Of a DNA stretch of 64,000 bases, positions 37,513 to 50,756 are shown piece after piece; position 1 is the stretch's first letter, and each line of letters starts with the position of its first letter. The translations under genes were made by a program, and so were the position numbers. Below the pieces are notes generated by a model. That model saw only the letters and a program-made list of their open reading frames with translations. It was not told the DNA's origin and ran no database searches. Source of the stretch: Chiloscyllium plagiosum (Eukaryota); contig NC_057718.1 of NCBI RefSeq assembly GCF_004010195.1, positions 99,782,996-99,846,995 of the forward strand, given 5' to 3'.

Positions 37513-38596
37513 TCTGACTTAATCGGTCTCATAATTGAGAGAGTTCCTGCTTGGTGGCTTCAAGGTTGATCCAAAACAGTGTGCTCCCCTCTTGAACTGC
37601 ATTGTGGGTCTACCTACAGCACAGAGACTGCAGTGGTTCAAGAAGGCAGCTCACCCCCACCTTCTCAAGGGGGATAACTGCTGGCCCAGACAGTGACTGG
37701 CACATCCCATGAATGAATGATCACAGAATCAATAAAGTGCAGAAGGAGGCCATTCAGCCCATCGTGCACGCACCAGCTCTATTATCAAGTCTGGTTTTAT
37801 TACCTACTGCCAATCACTTGCCTTTTTTCCTGAATGCCATTTCTATCCAAATAACCATCCAATACCCCTCTCCCAATGCACCTGCCTGCACCACATTTCG
37901 AAACAGTGCACTGCAGACTCTAACTATCGCTGTGTGAGAAATGTTGTTTCTCACAATTACTTTGTTTACACATCATTTTAAACCTGTGGTCTCTTGTACT
38001 TGTTCCTTTCACTATGTTATTATAAAACAAAATGCACTTCCTAAAACCTAAATGGGACTACTCAGGGTTGTACGGTATTGATGGGTCATACCCTTAGAGT
38101 TTGCATCCTGTGTTGTAAATGTCAGAGAGATGTGGAGTCAAGACCAGTTTCTGAGTGTGCAATTTGTAAGTTAGGAAATTTGTGAATAGGAAAGGTTTAG
38201 AGGGATATGGGCCAAATGCAGGAAAATGGGACAAGTTTAGTTTGGGAAACTTGGTCAGCATAGATGAGTTGGACTGAAGGGTCTGTTTCCATGCTGCGTG
38301 ACTCTTTGTCTCTACGTGTTTGAGAGATTGATCATTAGACCTTTTTGACGACCATGACATGGTAGATAGCAATAGAAAACAAATTCCTGGTGAGGTCTAT
38401 CATGTCAGTAATCATGTTAGGCTACAGGTGAGACACAAGGTCATTAAACTGAGCTAAAGAGACATCGCTCAATGTCTTTATTCATGGCAGAAAGTGTTGA
38501 AAACACGACCTGCTGGTAAATGGATATATCGAGAGACTTGTTTAACTCAAGTGGGAAAGGTAAGTGATCAGGGGATTGAGGGCAAGGTCAAAGGCA

Positions 38597-38900
38597 TAGA
38601 CTCCCAACAGTGTGGAAGCAGGACATTCAGCCCATTGAGTCCACACTGAGCCTCCCACCCAGATCCACTCCATCCCTGTAACTGCATTTCCCATGGCGAA
38701 TCCAAACAGCCTGCACATCCCTGGACACTGTGGACAATTTAGCATGGTCAATCCACCCTAACTTGCGCATCTTTGGACTGTGGGAGGAAACCGGAGCACC
38801 CGGAGGAAACCCACGCACACACGGGGGGAATGTGCAAACTCCACACAGACAGTTGCCCGAGGCTGGGTTTGAACTCGGGCGCTGTGAGGCAGCAGTGCCG
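38597..38900 (-). mobile_element. HE1-type V-SINE
   Basis: Reverse-complement V-domain (ggaggaaaccggagcacccggaggaaacccacgca) and head. Confidence 0.88.
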
Positions 38901-39706
38901 CATATCCTTACAGTCTCCACAACGTTCTGTAATTTAAATTAGTGAGCACATAAGAGAATATTTAAACAATGTTCAGAATCTCAAAATTCAGCTCTGTCTG
39001 ACACTGAAAGATAGAATTGGCTAAGCAATTGGAATTGATGGTCCCCACAGAATTAACTCATCAGCATTAACAGCTGAAGAACTAAACATTCTGCAGAAGA
39101 ACACAATAGAAGATCAATTCAGAGTCAGGTTAAATATCTATATTCATCGACTAAAATCCATGTCATTTAGACAGAGCTCTCAGAGTCTGGAGATGACTCT
39201 GTGAGCAGATATAGGGAAAATCTTATTCTGCCAGTTTTCAGATGCAGAGGCAGTAAATAGAAATGTTGGTGATCACTTCCATTCCATGCAAATTTCCAGA
39301 AAGATTAGTGAGCCAAACGAAGCCTTATCTTGTCAAATAGTTACGAAAGGATGGATATGCAAAGTAATCCTGACATATTTACGTAGCATATGGGTTCCAA
39401 GTACAAATAGAACATCCAAACACAGTGGGACATGTGGAAGGGATGGCTTCCTTCAGGTATAGACTGATGTAGCCAAAAATCACTGTTTAAATGTTTAAAA
39501 GACATTCAATTTGGGATTATGTTCAGCGTGGACTGGTTAGTCTGAAGGGTCTGTTTCCATGCTGTATGACTCTGTGATACTATGATACCAACACCAACAA
39601 ACAGCACATAAACAGTACATTTGAGATGCAATAAAAACCATTACATATCCTGCCCAAGCTGCGTCGTGATTGAAGTGATTGACAGACTGGAACCTGTTGG
39701 TATACA

Positions 39707-40140
39707 TAGAGTCAGAGTCATACAGCACGGAAACAAACCCTTCAATCCAACAAGTCCATGCTGAACATAATCCCAAACTAAACGAGTCTTACCTGCCTGC
39801 TCCTGGCCCATATCCCTCCAAAGCTTTCCTATTCCTGTATCTATCCAAATGTCTTTTAAACATTATAATTGTACCCACATCCACCACTTCCTCAGGAAGT
39901 TCATTTTACATGCAAACCACCCTCTGTGTAAAAACTTTGTCTTTTTAAAATCTCTCCCCTCTCACCTTAAAACTATGCCCCCTATCCTTGAAATCCCCCA
40001 CCCTAGTGAAATGGCAACTACCATTAACTCTATCTATCCCCCCTCATTATTTTATAATCCTCTATCAGGTCACCTCTCAACTTCCTACGCTCCAGTGAAA
40101 AAAGTCACAGCCTATCCAGCCTTTCTTTACAACTCAATCC
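39707..40140 (-). mobile_element. HER1/CR1 3' fragment
   Basis: Tail tagagtcagagtcatacagc plus FTQRVVC.. region. Confidence 0.85.
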
Positions 40141-40559
40141 TGAGTGACACATTTCACACCTTCCAGCTCATCAGAGTCGTCACAAACCAACATGTTTGCA
40201 AAATTTCAAATGGTCTGTCCTCGGGAAACAAGCAACCACTCGATTGCACCTAAGATCGACACGGGGTAACTGTTAATAAATGACCCCTGTTTAAGTCTAA
40301 TGAAACACGTACCACAGACACGGGAAGCCACGTCAACACTTACACATGTAAAACTTTCTTGGTAACACAGCTTAAAACACAGCTAAAAGCAGAACAGATA
40401 AGCTTTCTCCTGTCTTCTTTTGGCAACGTAAAACTTGTTGCTTGGATTAGAGTGGACAAGACAACGCAATGGCATCGTAGTTATGTTGTTGGGTTTGGCA
40501 ATCCAGGATGATCATGGACTAATATCCATGAGACATTCGTTCAAATTCATTCAGAAATA

Positions 40560-40848
40560 AGTCCAAGGATATGGAGTAGGCCATTTTGGACTGAGATGAG
40601 GAGAAATGTCTTCACCCAGAGAGTGGGGAGCCTGTGGAATCCTCTGCCACAGAAAGCAATTGTGGCCAAAACAGTGAATGTTTCCAAGAAGGAGTTGGAT
40701 AGAGTTCTTAGGGCTAAATGGATCACAGGGTACTGGGTGAAAGCAGGAACAGGAGACTGAGATGGAAGATCAGCCAGGATCATATTGAATGGGAGAGTAG
40801 ACTGAAAGGGCCGAATGGCCTCCTCCTGCTCCTGTTTTCTATGTTTCC
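40560..40848 (+). mobile_element. CR1 3' fragment
   Basis: MRRNVFTQRVGSLWNPLPQKAIV..TVNVSKKELD and a tttctatgtttc tail. Confidence 0.8.
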
Positions 40849-41225
40849 GAGTCCCACCCTGACAGCTGGGGAATTGAAGAGTTAAAGACATTCGGGATGA
40901 AAGTCTAGAATCAGCCATGGTGACTGCAAAGCTGCCAGATCTTCAGAAAAGCACTGGTGAAGGCCAACGAAAGAAGGACATCTGTTGCCTTGGTCGACCC
41001 CTGGCTCCGATAACGATGTAGGAGAAAGTGAGGACTGCAGATGCCGGAGAGTCAGAGTCAAAAGGTGTGGCGCTGGAAAAGCCCAGCAGGTCAGGCAGCA
41101 TCCAAGGGCAATAAACACTGACCTTACCCCTGGCGCCCATACCCTGGGAAATAAAAAAAGCAGGATATTCCTCAATTAAAGAAGTTCGCACACTCGTTTG
41201 CATTAAAGGGCATTAATGAGAGTGA

Positions 41226-41527
41226 CATGGTGGCTCAGTGGTTAGCACTGCTGCCTCACAGCGCCCGGGACCCAGGTTCAATTCCACCCTCAGGTTGTCT
41301 GTATGGAGTTTGCATATTCTTTGCTTGTGTTTCCTCCGGGTGCTCCGGTTTCCTCCTACAATCCAAAGATGTGCTGGTCAGGGTGGATTGGCTGTACTAA
41401 ATTGTCCATAGTGCCCCAGTTAGCTATACTAGCCATGTGAAATGCAGGGTTAGGGTGGCCCTGGGTGGAAAGCTCTGTGGAGAGTTATGGGCCGAATGGA
41501 CTGTTTCCACATTATAGGGAATCTATA
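41226..41527 (+). mobile_element. HE1-type V-SINE
   Basis: A-box tggctcagtgg, B-box ggttcaattcc, V-domain. Confidence 0.85.
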
Positions 41528-41905
41528 ATTAATCAGAAAATTCTTACACATCCATTATGGAAGGAAATGATTTAGGGCCTTCTATAAGTAATGTTCCCTC
41601 TAATATTTGGTCTCCCCCCAATGTCCATGTTTGGCAGCATCTTCCAGAAGCTGATTGGCCCATGTGTGGAAAGGGAATGTTGTCCTTAAGGCATCCTTGG
41701 GCAGGTCAAAGTTGACACCAACTCCTGGGTGATTGTGGGATTGGGATTGACCAGGAGCAGAGAGGGTTTACGACAGACATGAGCGAGCACATGGAGAGAT
41801 GACATTGGGAATGTATAGGAGCATGGGGAGCAGGCAGCCCAACCCTCCATAACTCCACTCACCCCATATCTACCGATTGCATCCTAGCCATCTCTAATGC
41901 CCCCA

Positions 41906-42222
41906 GGGCGGCATGGTGGCACAGTGGTTAGCACTGCTGCCTCACAGCACCAGAGACCTTGGTTCAACTCCCGCCTCAGGCGACTGACTGTGTGGAGTTT
42001 GCACGTTCTCCCCGTGTCTGCGTGGGTTTCCTCAGGGTGCTCTGGTTTCCTCCCACAGTCCAAAGATGTGCAGGTTAGGTGAAGTGGCCATGCTAAATTG
42101 CCCGTAGTGTTAGGTAAGGGGTAAATGTAGGGGTATGGGTGGGTTGCGCTTCAGCGCGGCGGTGTGGACTTGTTGGGCCGAAGGGCCTGTTTCCACACTG
42201 TAAGTAATCTAATCTAATCTAA
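41906..42222 (+). mobile_element. HE1-type V-SINE, full length, (AATCT)n tail
   Basis: gggcggcatggtggcacagtggttagcactgc head, V-domain, and tail aatctaatctaatct. Confidence 0.92.
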
Positions 42223-43497
42223 TAACCCATCCAACCAGAATGGGAACAAGTCAACCTCAACCTCGAGGGAGAGAAACAGAAAAGGGCTGAGGTTTCAACC
42301 CAGTTCAGGAAAGTTTGGCTAGTCCTTAGGACAAAATCTTTCGTCCATCCTCTCAGCCGGTCAGCAGAATGTACAGGGGAGAAATTCTGCAAAGACTATT
42401 CTCTGTCCTGCATGTTGCATCAGTCAGGCATCATTTGGTAACCATTTAGATACGAAATGCTGAGGATGCTGGAATTCTGAAACAAAACCAGAATGTGCTG
42501 GAGAAACTCAGCAGGTCTGGCAGCAACTGTTGAGAGAGAAATAGAGCTAACATTTAGAGTCCAGTGTAATTCTTCAAGATCTGCTAATTGGTAAAGTTGG
42601 CCTTCACTTCCTCGTTGACTGTGTTTATTGCTTTGATATTTACTTGGCTTTTCCCCCAGTTTCTTTCTGCTCCCATAACTTACAATCATACGACACAAAA
42701 TGTATCCAAAAAAAATCCTCCCGATGACTTTTCAGCCAAGCAACCAGCAGCTCTCACTCCAACGTGCCCTGTCACAGTTTGCAACGCTCTGCAGTGTATC
42801 GTTATTAAAACAAAAATCAGCGAGTCAGTTTTCACCATTGTTGACTTTGGGGACCACTGTCTGTCACCCTTGACAGATTTATTCAAAGATACACACATCA
42901 GCATAAACCCAGGCACTTCTTCATTCTGGCCTGTGTGTACCTTAAGCCCAAATAGCTCCCCAAATATTCACAATAAGAACAAGAGCGCCAATTCAGCAAG
43001 CTGCATTCAGATATCTTGCCTTCTCCCGGTGGGGATTTATTCTGCAGCTCAGCTCCTCCTCGGAGCAACATGGGCACTAGATGAAATAATATCAGTCATG
43101 TTTTTGTTGTATAATTACATGCACTTACTGCAAAGCCCTCTTTTCAGTATAATTGGTGTGCACTGCTGTTGTTGAGATATTCTCAAGTGTTACTGGTTGT
43201 TGATCAAATTGTAGGTTTAATCGGCATTAGCCGAGTAATAGAATGGTGTAATTGTCTCTTTGATGCCTTTATTAAGGCTAAAATTAAATGGTGTAGGCAC
43301 TGACTTCCAAGGTAATGTTACACTTGGTCTAATGTAATATTGATCAGTTCTATAGGGGTATAATATTAAACCTGATGGAGCTTTGAAAGCCAGTGATTAT
43401 TCATCATTGTGATCGTAGGAAACAAACCTCAGAGCTTTCCTTTGCTTTTTAACTCCTGCAAGACAGGGGCTGAGTTGGTTGGGATTGGCCGTTTAGC

Positions 43498-43734
43498 GTC
43501 GAGAGTGTGGCGCTGGAAAAGCACAGCCTATCAGGCAACATCCGAAGCGCAGGAGAGTCGATGTTTCGAGCATAGCCCTTTATTAGGTATCCCGATGAAA
43601 CCCTTCATCCTGATAAAAGGCTTTTGCCCGAAATGTCAATTCTCCTGCTCCTCGGATGCTGCCTGACCTGCTGTGCGTTTCCAGCACCACACTGTCAACT
43701 CTGATATCCAGCATCTGCAGTCCTCACTTTCTCC
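43498..43734. mobile_element. PLE pLTR mini-palindrome, family A, older
   Basis: Inverted arms, a degenerate core (ctgataaaaggcttttgcccgaaatgtc), and a ctcactttctcc end. Confidence 0.8.
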
Positions 43735-43949
43735 ATTCCCAGTTTAGTTCTTAAGCAATAAATGGAATAACTCCTTATAAGAATATTTGTGCTGGCGTTT
43801 AAGTTTGCATTATATACGATACAATGTGATAAATTACAATCCATTAGTTTCTTATTTTTACCAGCAGACGTGGTTGTTCCTGGTCAGGTTGCATATCCTG
43901 ACCTGCCGGTAACATTTTCAGAGTACCATCCTGTATTTGACCCTTTTGT

Positions 43950-44281
43950 AATTGTCTCTCTGCCTTAATTAATCTGATCATAGGTCATCCCTTCACTTGC
44001 TATTCAGCTGTTGACACTTAACTCACACCATCTGACACTTTTGATCACCTGCAAAGATTTGTTATTCAGCCTGTCGACACTCCACTCACACCACTTGTAT
44101 TTATCTTTTGATGCCCTTAATTACCTGGAACTTTCTCGCCATTATCTGTCTGTCTATAAATTCTGTGCCAGTGTGCTTCCCTCTGCTTCACCTGTCAAAG
44201 GAGCAGCGCTCCGAAAGCTTGTGATTTCAAATAAACCTGTTGGACTGTTGCAACCTGGTGTCCTGTGACTTCTGACTTTGA
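43950..44281 (+). mobile_element. PLE 3' UTR/pLTR, family C, with mutated hammerhead core
   Basis: cac-CTGTCAA-A-GGAGC-AGC-GCTCC-GAAAGCTT-gtg at 44189-44223, then aataaacctgttgga as in 58015-58253. Confidence 0.75.
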
Positions 44282-45149
44282 CGTGTAGGAGGTGGTGAAG
44301 AGCTACGTTCTTGAACCTGCACTGCAGTCTTTGTGGTGCACGTGGACCCACAGTGGTGTTAGGAAGGGAATTCCAGGATTTTGACCCAGAGGTGGTGAAG
44401 GAATGGTGATGTATTACCAAGTCTGGACAGGGAGTGACTTGGAGGAGAGCCTGCAGGGGGCGGTGTTCCCCTGTATCTGCCGCCCTCGTAATTCCAAGGG
44501 GAAGTGGTGGTGGGTTCGGAAGGTGCTATCTAAGACATCTTGGTGTTGTTGCCAAGGATCTTCCAGGTGGGAGAGGCCATAAATTTGGAAGGTCATGTGA
44601 AGGGAGTCTTAATAAAGTGATGAGTGAAGGGGAAATCACATCCTGCACTTCACATCTCACTGCCACATGGGGCAGTGTGCCAAAGATCCGTGAGTCAAGA
44701 ACCATCCTGTTCACCACAGCAGATATTGGTAACCCTGACTCTCAAATTGATGGTGGTCAGGAGGCAAGTTACTGCAATGTAATTGGAAATAGCGTTCACA
44801 GCATGCACCTTAGAATCATACAGTGTTGGATCAGACCATTCAGCCCATCGAGTCCACACCAACCCTCCAAAGAGCATCCCACCAAAACCTCCCAGACCAG
44901 TGGTGGAGGGAGTGAATGCTTAATGTGCTAGATCCACTATCTTGATCGAAGTTCCCATATAACCTCAAACAACCTGTCTCACTGAAAGACCGACAGATCT
45001 ACTGACCCACAAAATCCTGTCGGTCAGTATTTTGTTGTCTTTTATGAAACAGGGGTGCCTGATAAAATAAAAGATTAATTTTTCCATCCAGAAGGTAGTA
45101 AGGATTGTTATTTCTCCTCCGCTAATCTTTGAGAGGTTCCTTTTCATTG

Positions 45150-45620
45150 GAAACAGAGTGGCACTTAACCTGTTGTCTGTCACTGGGTTGTGAGGTCGTG
45201 GGTCAAGATTAGAGTGGTGCTGGAAATGCACAGCAGATCAGGCAGCATCCAAGGAGCAGGAAAATTTCGGGCAGGAGCCCTTCATCAGGAATGTGAGGTC
45301 TTGGGTTCAAGTCTCACTCCTGAAGAGCAGAAGTTCAGGCAGATACTATAATGCAATAACAAGGAGTGCTGCACTGGATACAGAGGCTGAACTGTCCTGG
45401 TAGGTGGGTGCAAAACATCTCATGGCACCATGTTGAAGAAGAGCTGGGATATTTTTCCTTTAATTGACCTCAAGATAGCAGATTGTCACATTGCTGCGTG
45501 GGATCTTACTGTGCAGCGATTGATTGCCATATTTCCTACTCGGACAACAGTGACTACACTTCAGAAACATCCTGAGATTCCCAAAACAATGTACTCGATA
45601 AATCACATATTTCTTTTCAT
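45150..45620 (+). mobile_element. Deu-domain SINE-like element (SacSINE1-like), degenerate, with an 88-bp PLE insert at 45204-45291
   Basis: Deu-like cattgctgcgtgggatcttactgtgc..attgattgcc..tttcctac..acagtgactacacttca at about 45490-45563. Insert TSD tgtgaggtcktgggt at 45189-45203 and 45292-45306. Confidence 0.6.
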
Positions 45621-45632
45621 CTTTCGTGAAGA

Positions 45633-45962
45633 GGCAGCACTCTGGCTCTGTGGTTAGCACTGCTGCCTCACAGTACCAAGGACCTGGGTCCAATCCCATC
45701 CTCAGGCGTTGTCTGTGTGGAGCTTGTGTCTGCGTGAGTTTCCTCTGGGTGCTCCGATTTCCTCCCACAATCCAAAGATGTGGAAGTTAGGGTGGATTGG
45801 CCATGCTTATTTTTTCCAGGGTTTGTGCAGGCTAGGTGGGTTAGCCATGGGAAATGCAGGGTTAGGGTAGGGGGTGAGTCTGGGTGGGATGCTGTACGGA
45901 GAGTCAGTGCGGACTTGTTGGGCTGAATGGTCTGTTTCTACACTGTAGGGAGTTCTATGACT
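45633..45962 (+). mobile_element. HE1-type V-SINE
   Basis: Head, partial V-domain, and ttctatgact tail. Confidence 0.82.
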
Positions 45963-45969
45963 CTCCCTA

Positions 45970-46660
45970 CCTCAGTCCCCAGGACCTGATGATATCTGTC
46001 CCTGAATAGTGAGGGATGAGGTTTCTGGGGGCTTTTATGAAATCCTTGTACCCTCTATTGTGAGAGGGCATAGAGAACAGCCAATATATTTCCTTTGTTT
46101 AGGAAAGGCAACAGGAATAATCTGGGAAATTACAGGCCAGTGAGCCTTACAGCAGTGGTAGGGAAATTATGGAGAAGATTCATATGGGCAGGATTTACTC
46201 ACATTTGGAAAAGTGTGGACTTGTCAGTGATAGGCAGCATGGTTTTGTACAGGAGCTGTTGCGTCTCAAAACACGATTGAGTTTTTTTGAGGAAGTGACA
46301 AAGATGATTGATTGGGCGGCAGATGTTGGCTATGTGGACTTTAGCAAGGCCTTTGACAAAGTCCCTCATGGCAGGCTGGTACAGAAGGTGAAGTCAGATG
46401 GGATGCATGGTGAGCTGGTAAGATTCAAACAGTTCTCTCAGTGCAAACAAGATAAAGTGGTGCTTTTTCCCCACAGCGAGTAGTTCGAGTCTGGAATGCG
46501 CTGCCCAGATGTGTGTGGGGGCAGGTTGAATTGAGGCAGTCAAGAAGGAATTGGATGATTATTTGGATGAAATGGTGCGCAAGGAGATGGGAAAAAGGCC
46601 AGAGTTTGATATGAGGGAGTGCAACGATAGGCCAAATGGCCTCTTCTGCAATTCCATGAT
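45970..46660 (+). mobile_element. CR1 RT fragment joined to a CR1 3' end
   Basis: GNYRPVSLTAVVGKL, QHGFV and YVDFSKAFDKVPHGRLVQKV in ORFs 46095-46280 and 46169-46483. Confidence 0.85.
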
Positions 46661-47343
46661 GATGAGTGATATTCTCTGTCTGGAGATGAACACGGAGACG
46701 GTTATTCGAAACCAGTGCCTCAGAGATACCATCCCAGTTAAAGAACCGGGGGTTATACAGTAGTAGAAATGGCCATATGGCCCACCCTTCTGGTGATGGT
46801 GCTAGCTCATTGGTCCCACTCTTTTGCTGTTTCCCTGCAGCCTTGCAACAAGGTCCTAGTCTTTTATTCCCATGGAGTCCCACATTATCAGGTCAATGAT
46901 GCGGAAGGCAACATCCAACTGTTCACACCTAATGTTCTCCAGAACAGCCTGCAAACTGTCCCAGCAGTCAATCAGGATATCCATGGGGAAAGCATTGAGG
47001 GAAGCAAGGACACAGAATGTATTCTTTGTGGGGGAATTCGTGGCCCATCGCCAAGTGTGGGTGAGTGGACCAGTCAAAACCTGCCAGCAACACACGCATG
47101 GCAGGAGCAAATGAAAATATAACCAGCCACACAAATATTGTGGGTAAAAGACCAGGGATAGGAATACTGTGGTGGGGAACTCACCTCCTGACTCCCCAAA
47201 AACCTGTCCCACCATCTCCAAGCCCCAAGTCAGGAGTGTGTTGGAATATTTCCCCCTGTGCCTGGATGGGAGCAGCTCCAACAACACTGAAGAAGCTCAA
47301 CCCCATCCAGGACAAAGCAGCCCCCACTTCATTGGCACCACAT

Positions 47344-48022
47344 GTGGGTAATCCAAGATGGAGGACAGGAAAGAGTTGTGGCTGTCAGAGCTTGCTCCTT
47401 TTTTTGAGGTATTTTAGGTGTTGGAGGTGATTTCCTCGAATCCCAGGAGCAGCAATTACTGTTTTATACGCAGTTGCTTTCTTTTGGAACTTTTGAGGGA
47501 GGAAGGATCAAAAAAAAGGCACTTTAAAAGGAGGAGCAGAACAATTGTAGAGACCACACTTTCCGTGAGAGAGAGAGAAAACTACACTGCTGTCTGACGC
47601 AGCAGTGAATCTACACAGCTAGTGCCTTTGCTGTTTGAGTTCATATAGTTCTGGACATCGGAGTGTGTCTAAGAAAAATGAACAAACAACAAAATTCACA
47701 GCTGATCCTGGAGGAAGCTGTGTGGGAGAGCTCACAGCACACAAACAGATAAGTGTATTGTTTTTAAGTGTAACCTTGCTGTAAGTCTACAGCAGTAAAT
47801 AGAGTGGGTTCTTTCTCGATTGTATGTTTTATTGAGATTTGTCTCTTGATTACAATTACAATATTTAAAAGGCATCTGGATGGGTACATGAATAGGAAGA
47901 GTTTGGAGGGAAATGGGCCAAATGCTGGTAAATGAGACTAGATTAATTTAGGATATCTGGTCAGCATGGATGAGTTGGACTGAAGGGTCTGTTTCCCTGC
48001 TGTACATCTCTATGACTCTATG
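47344..48022 (+). mobile_element. Composite insert: unidentified 5' segment plus HER1 3' end, inside a CR1/L2-group LINE (about 46980-47343 and 48023-48410)
   Basis: The host reads through attggcaccacat|acaaaaacatc. A 4-bp acat is duplicated at 47340-47343 and 48023-48026. The HER1 tail runs about 47855-48022. Confidence 0.6.
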
Positions 48023-49827
48023 ACATACAAAAACATCAACTCCCTCCATCACTGACACTCAGTAGCAGCAGTGTGTACCATCTACCAGACGCACTGCAGA
48101 AGTTCACTAAAGATTCTTAGACAGCACCTTCCAAACCCAAGACCACTTCCATCTAGAAGGACAAGGGCAGCAGATACATAGGAGCACCACCACCTGCAAG
48201 TTCCCCTCCAAGTCACCCACCATCCTAACTTGGAAATATATTGCCCATTCCTTCAGTGTCAGTGGGTGAAAATCCTGGAATTCTCTCCCTAAGGGCATTG
48301 TGAGTCAACCCACAGCACATGGACTGCAGCTCACCCTTACCTTCACCAGGGGGCAACTAGGGACAGGCAATAAATGTCAATGATGCCCAAGTCCCATGAA
48401 TGACTAAATAATAAAGGAAATTATCTTCAGTCTTTCGTCCTTATTATTGCCGAGTGAGTAATCTCAGGAAGTGAAAATGACTGTCAATACTCTCAGCAGC
48501 CGCTCGCTGCACATTTTCAACTGGGGTGTGTAAAACGCAGCGGGTAAATTCATTTGCAACTAACTGTTCCAAAAGGACACAGTTGGAGGGAAAGGGCAGC
48601 CAGTAATTTTCAATGCTTTAATCCCCACAGCTTTTCTGTTCAGGCCCCAGTTTACAGCTATAAATGAGGATCAATTTTTCAGAAACAGTTGAATGTATTG
48701 ATTTTAATGCTGTTTCCATGGTGATATTGGTGCAGGAGAGGTCGGCGATAAGGAGAAGTATTCATAGGGGATTAGTTTTGAATATTTTGACAACCCAGAG
48801 TTTTTTCCCTGCTTCCTGCAGCTATTGAATGCAATGACTCTGAGTCTGTATTCAGATGCAAATACAGTTGCCCGCATGTTAACTGTGGGGAGGTCACTCA
48901 GCATCACCTGGTGTTACATGCATGGTGTGCGATCAGAGATCCAAGCATCTACCTCCTCTGTCACCTCCCCTCAACGATGGCCAGAGAGATTTCTGCTCTT
49001 CCTGAGTCAAACTGGACTTTTAAAAACAAAATCATTTACGGAACAAGGGTGTCACTGGCTGGGCCAGCGATTATTGCCCTGGGCAGTTAAGTGTCAGCCA
49101 TATTGGGGATGGTCTGGAGTCACGTGTAGACTAGACTAGGTAAGGATGGCAGATTTCCTTCCCTAAAGGACATGAATGAACAAGATGGGATTTATTTTTA
49201 CAACAATCGGTTTTATGCTCACCGTTAGTCCAAGTCTTTAATAGAGTTTTATTGATTTGAAATTTCACTACCTGCAAACTAGAGATTCCAATCCCTCGGA
49301 CTGCATTGTTAGTCCAGTGACTTTACCCTCCGGCCTCCACCTCCCCTGTGCCCACAGGCTGGACTAAGGCCACCGATTTGGCATCGGCGAACCAACATCT
49401 TGCAGCTACCTCAGTTCCTTCGACAGCCTGCGTGTGGTAGTGATGGTGGTGGTGGGTCACCTCCCATCCAACATGTGTTGCTCCCCTTCAAGGGGTATCC
49501 AGAGTCTTTTCCTGGCCAACCCCCCCCCCCCCCCCCCCCCTCCACCACGCTCCCCATCTCGCTGCGCACTCTTCCCCCACTCCTCACTAAATGGGGCAAG
49601 AGGCTTGGTTAACAGTGGAGGGGGTGGTGGAGTGTACTGTCTGAGGAGCATGGATTAAACGCACTCTCTGGAACCCAATGCTCAATCACATTGGGTTCTT
49701 GCCTGAGACCAAATTCTGAAGCTGAGACATGGAAATGTGACTGAAAGTTTCAGGCAGATAGCACTTTGGAAAAGGGAAAGTGGGCAGGTATAGCAAGGAA
49801 CATTGTACATGCTCCTAACACCATTTC

Positions 49828-50180
49828 GAGTCATAGAGATGTACAGCACGGAAACAGACCCTTCGGTCCAACTCGTCCATGCCGACCAGATACCCAAAAT
49901 TAATCTAGTCCCATTTTCCAGCACTTGGCCCATATTCTTCCAAACCCTTCCTCTTCATGTCCCCATCTAGATGCCTTTTAAATGCTGCAATTGTACCAGC
50001 ATCCACCACTTCGTCTGGAAGCTCATTCCATACACACACCATCCTCTGCATGAAAAAGTTGCCCCTTAGGTCCATGTTAAATCTTTCCCCTCTCACTGTA
50101 AACCTACGTCTCTCTAGTTTTGGACTCCCCCACCCCAGGGAAAAGACCTTTATCTATTTACCCTATCCATGCCCCTCATT
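49828..50180 (-). mobile_element. HER1/CR1 3' fragment
   Basis: ORF 49905-50096(-): RGERFNMDLRGNFFMQRMVCVWNELPDEVV. Confidence 0.9.
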
Positions 50181-50444
50181 CAATACAGGTGTTTAAAATT
50201 ATGATGGGTTTCAGGAGGGCTGGACATCAGAGAACACAAATTTAAGATACAGTGAAGGGACCAGGTTTTGTATAAAAAAGGGCATATCTCCTGCCACTGC
50301 ACTCTGGGATGTACAGTTGTCACCAGCTGGGCAATTGTCACTGCCCAGCTTCAACCAGGGGTGTCCGTTCAGCTTGGCATTAGCGTCACTGGGTCTAGTG
50401 TTGCCCTGGTCATTGTGCCAAACTGGGTGGTAACCAGTTGTAAC

Positions 50445-50756
50445 TGTAATTGTACCAGCCTCCACCACTTCCTCTGGCAGCTCATTCCATATACGCACCA
50501 CTCTCTACATCAAAAAGTTGCCCATTAATTCCCTTTTAAATCTTTCCCCTCTCACTCTAAACCTATGCCCTCTAGTTTTAGACTCCCCTAACCCGAAGAA
50601 AAGACCTCGTCTATTTATTCTATCCATGCCCCTCATGAGTTTATAAACCTCTATAAGGTCACCCCTCAGTCTCCGACACTCCAGGGAATACAGCCTCAGC
50701 TTATTCAACCTATCCCTGTAACTCAAATCCTCCAACCCTGGCAACATCCTTGTAAA
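50445..50756 (-). mobile_element. HER1/CR1 fragment lacking its 3' tail
   Basis: ORF 50505-50747(-): MLPGLEDLSYRDRLNKL.LYSLECRRLRGDLIEVYK. Confidence 0.88.

Noticed and set aside
41906..41980. tRNA gene
   Set aside because: The A and B boxes are the tRNA-derived head of an HE1 SINE, continuing into the V-domain; the same holds for all other copies.
42588..43175. 195-aa ORF with signal-peptide-like start
   Set aside because: It starts at TTG next to a PLE fragment, has no family resemblance, and overlaps AT-rich non-coding-like DNA.
49340..49680. Harbinger transposase or Myb/SANT fragment (DSGYPL on the minus strand)
   Set aside because: Only a short motif beside a C-homopolymer; I cannot distinguish it from chance without a profile search. 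The GC-rich blocks at about 27030-27850 and 32600-33960 are similarly unresolved.
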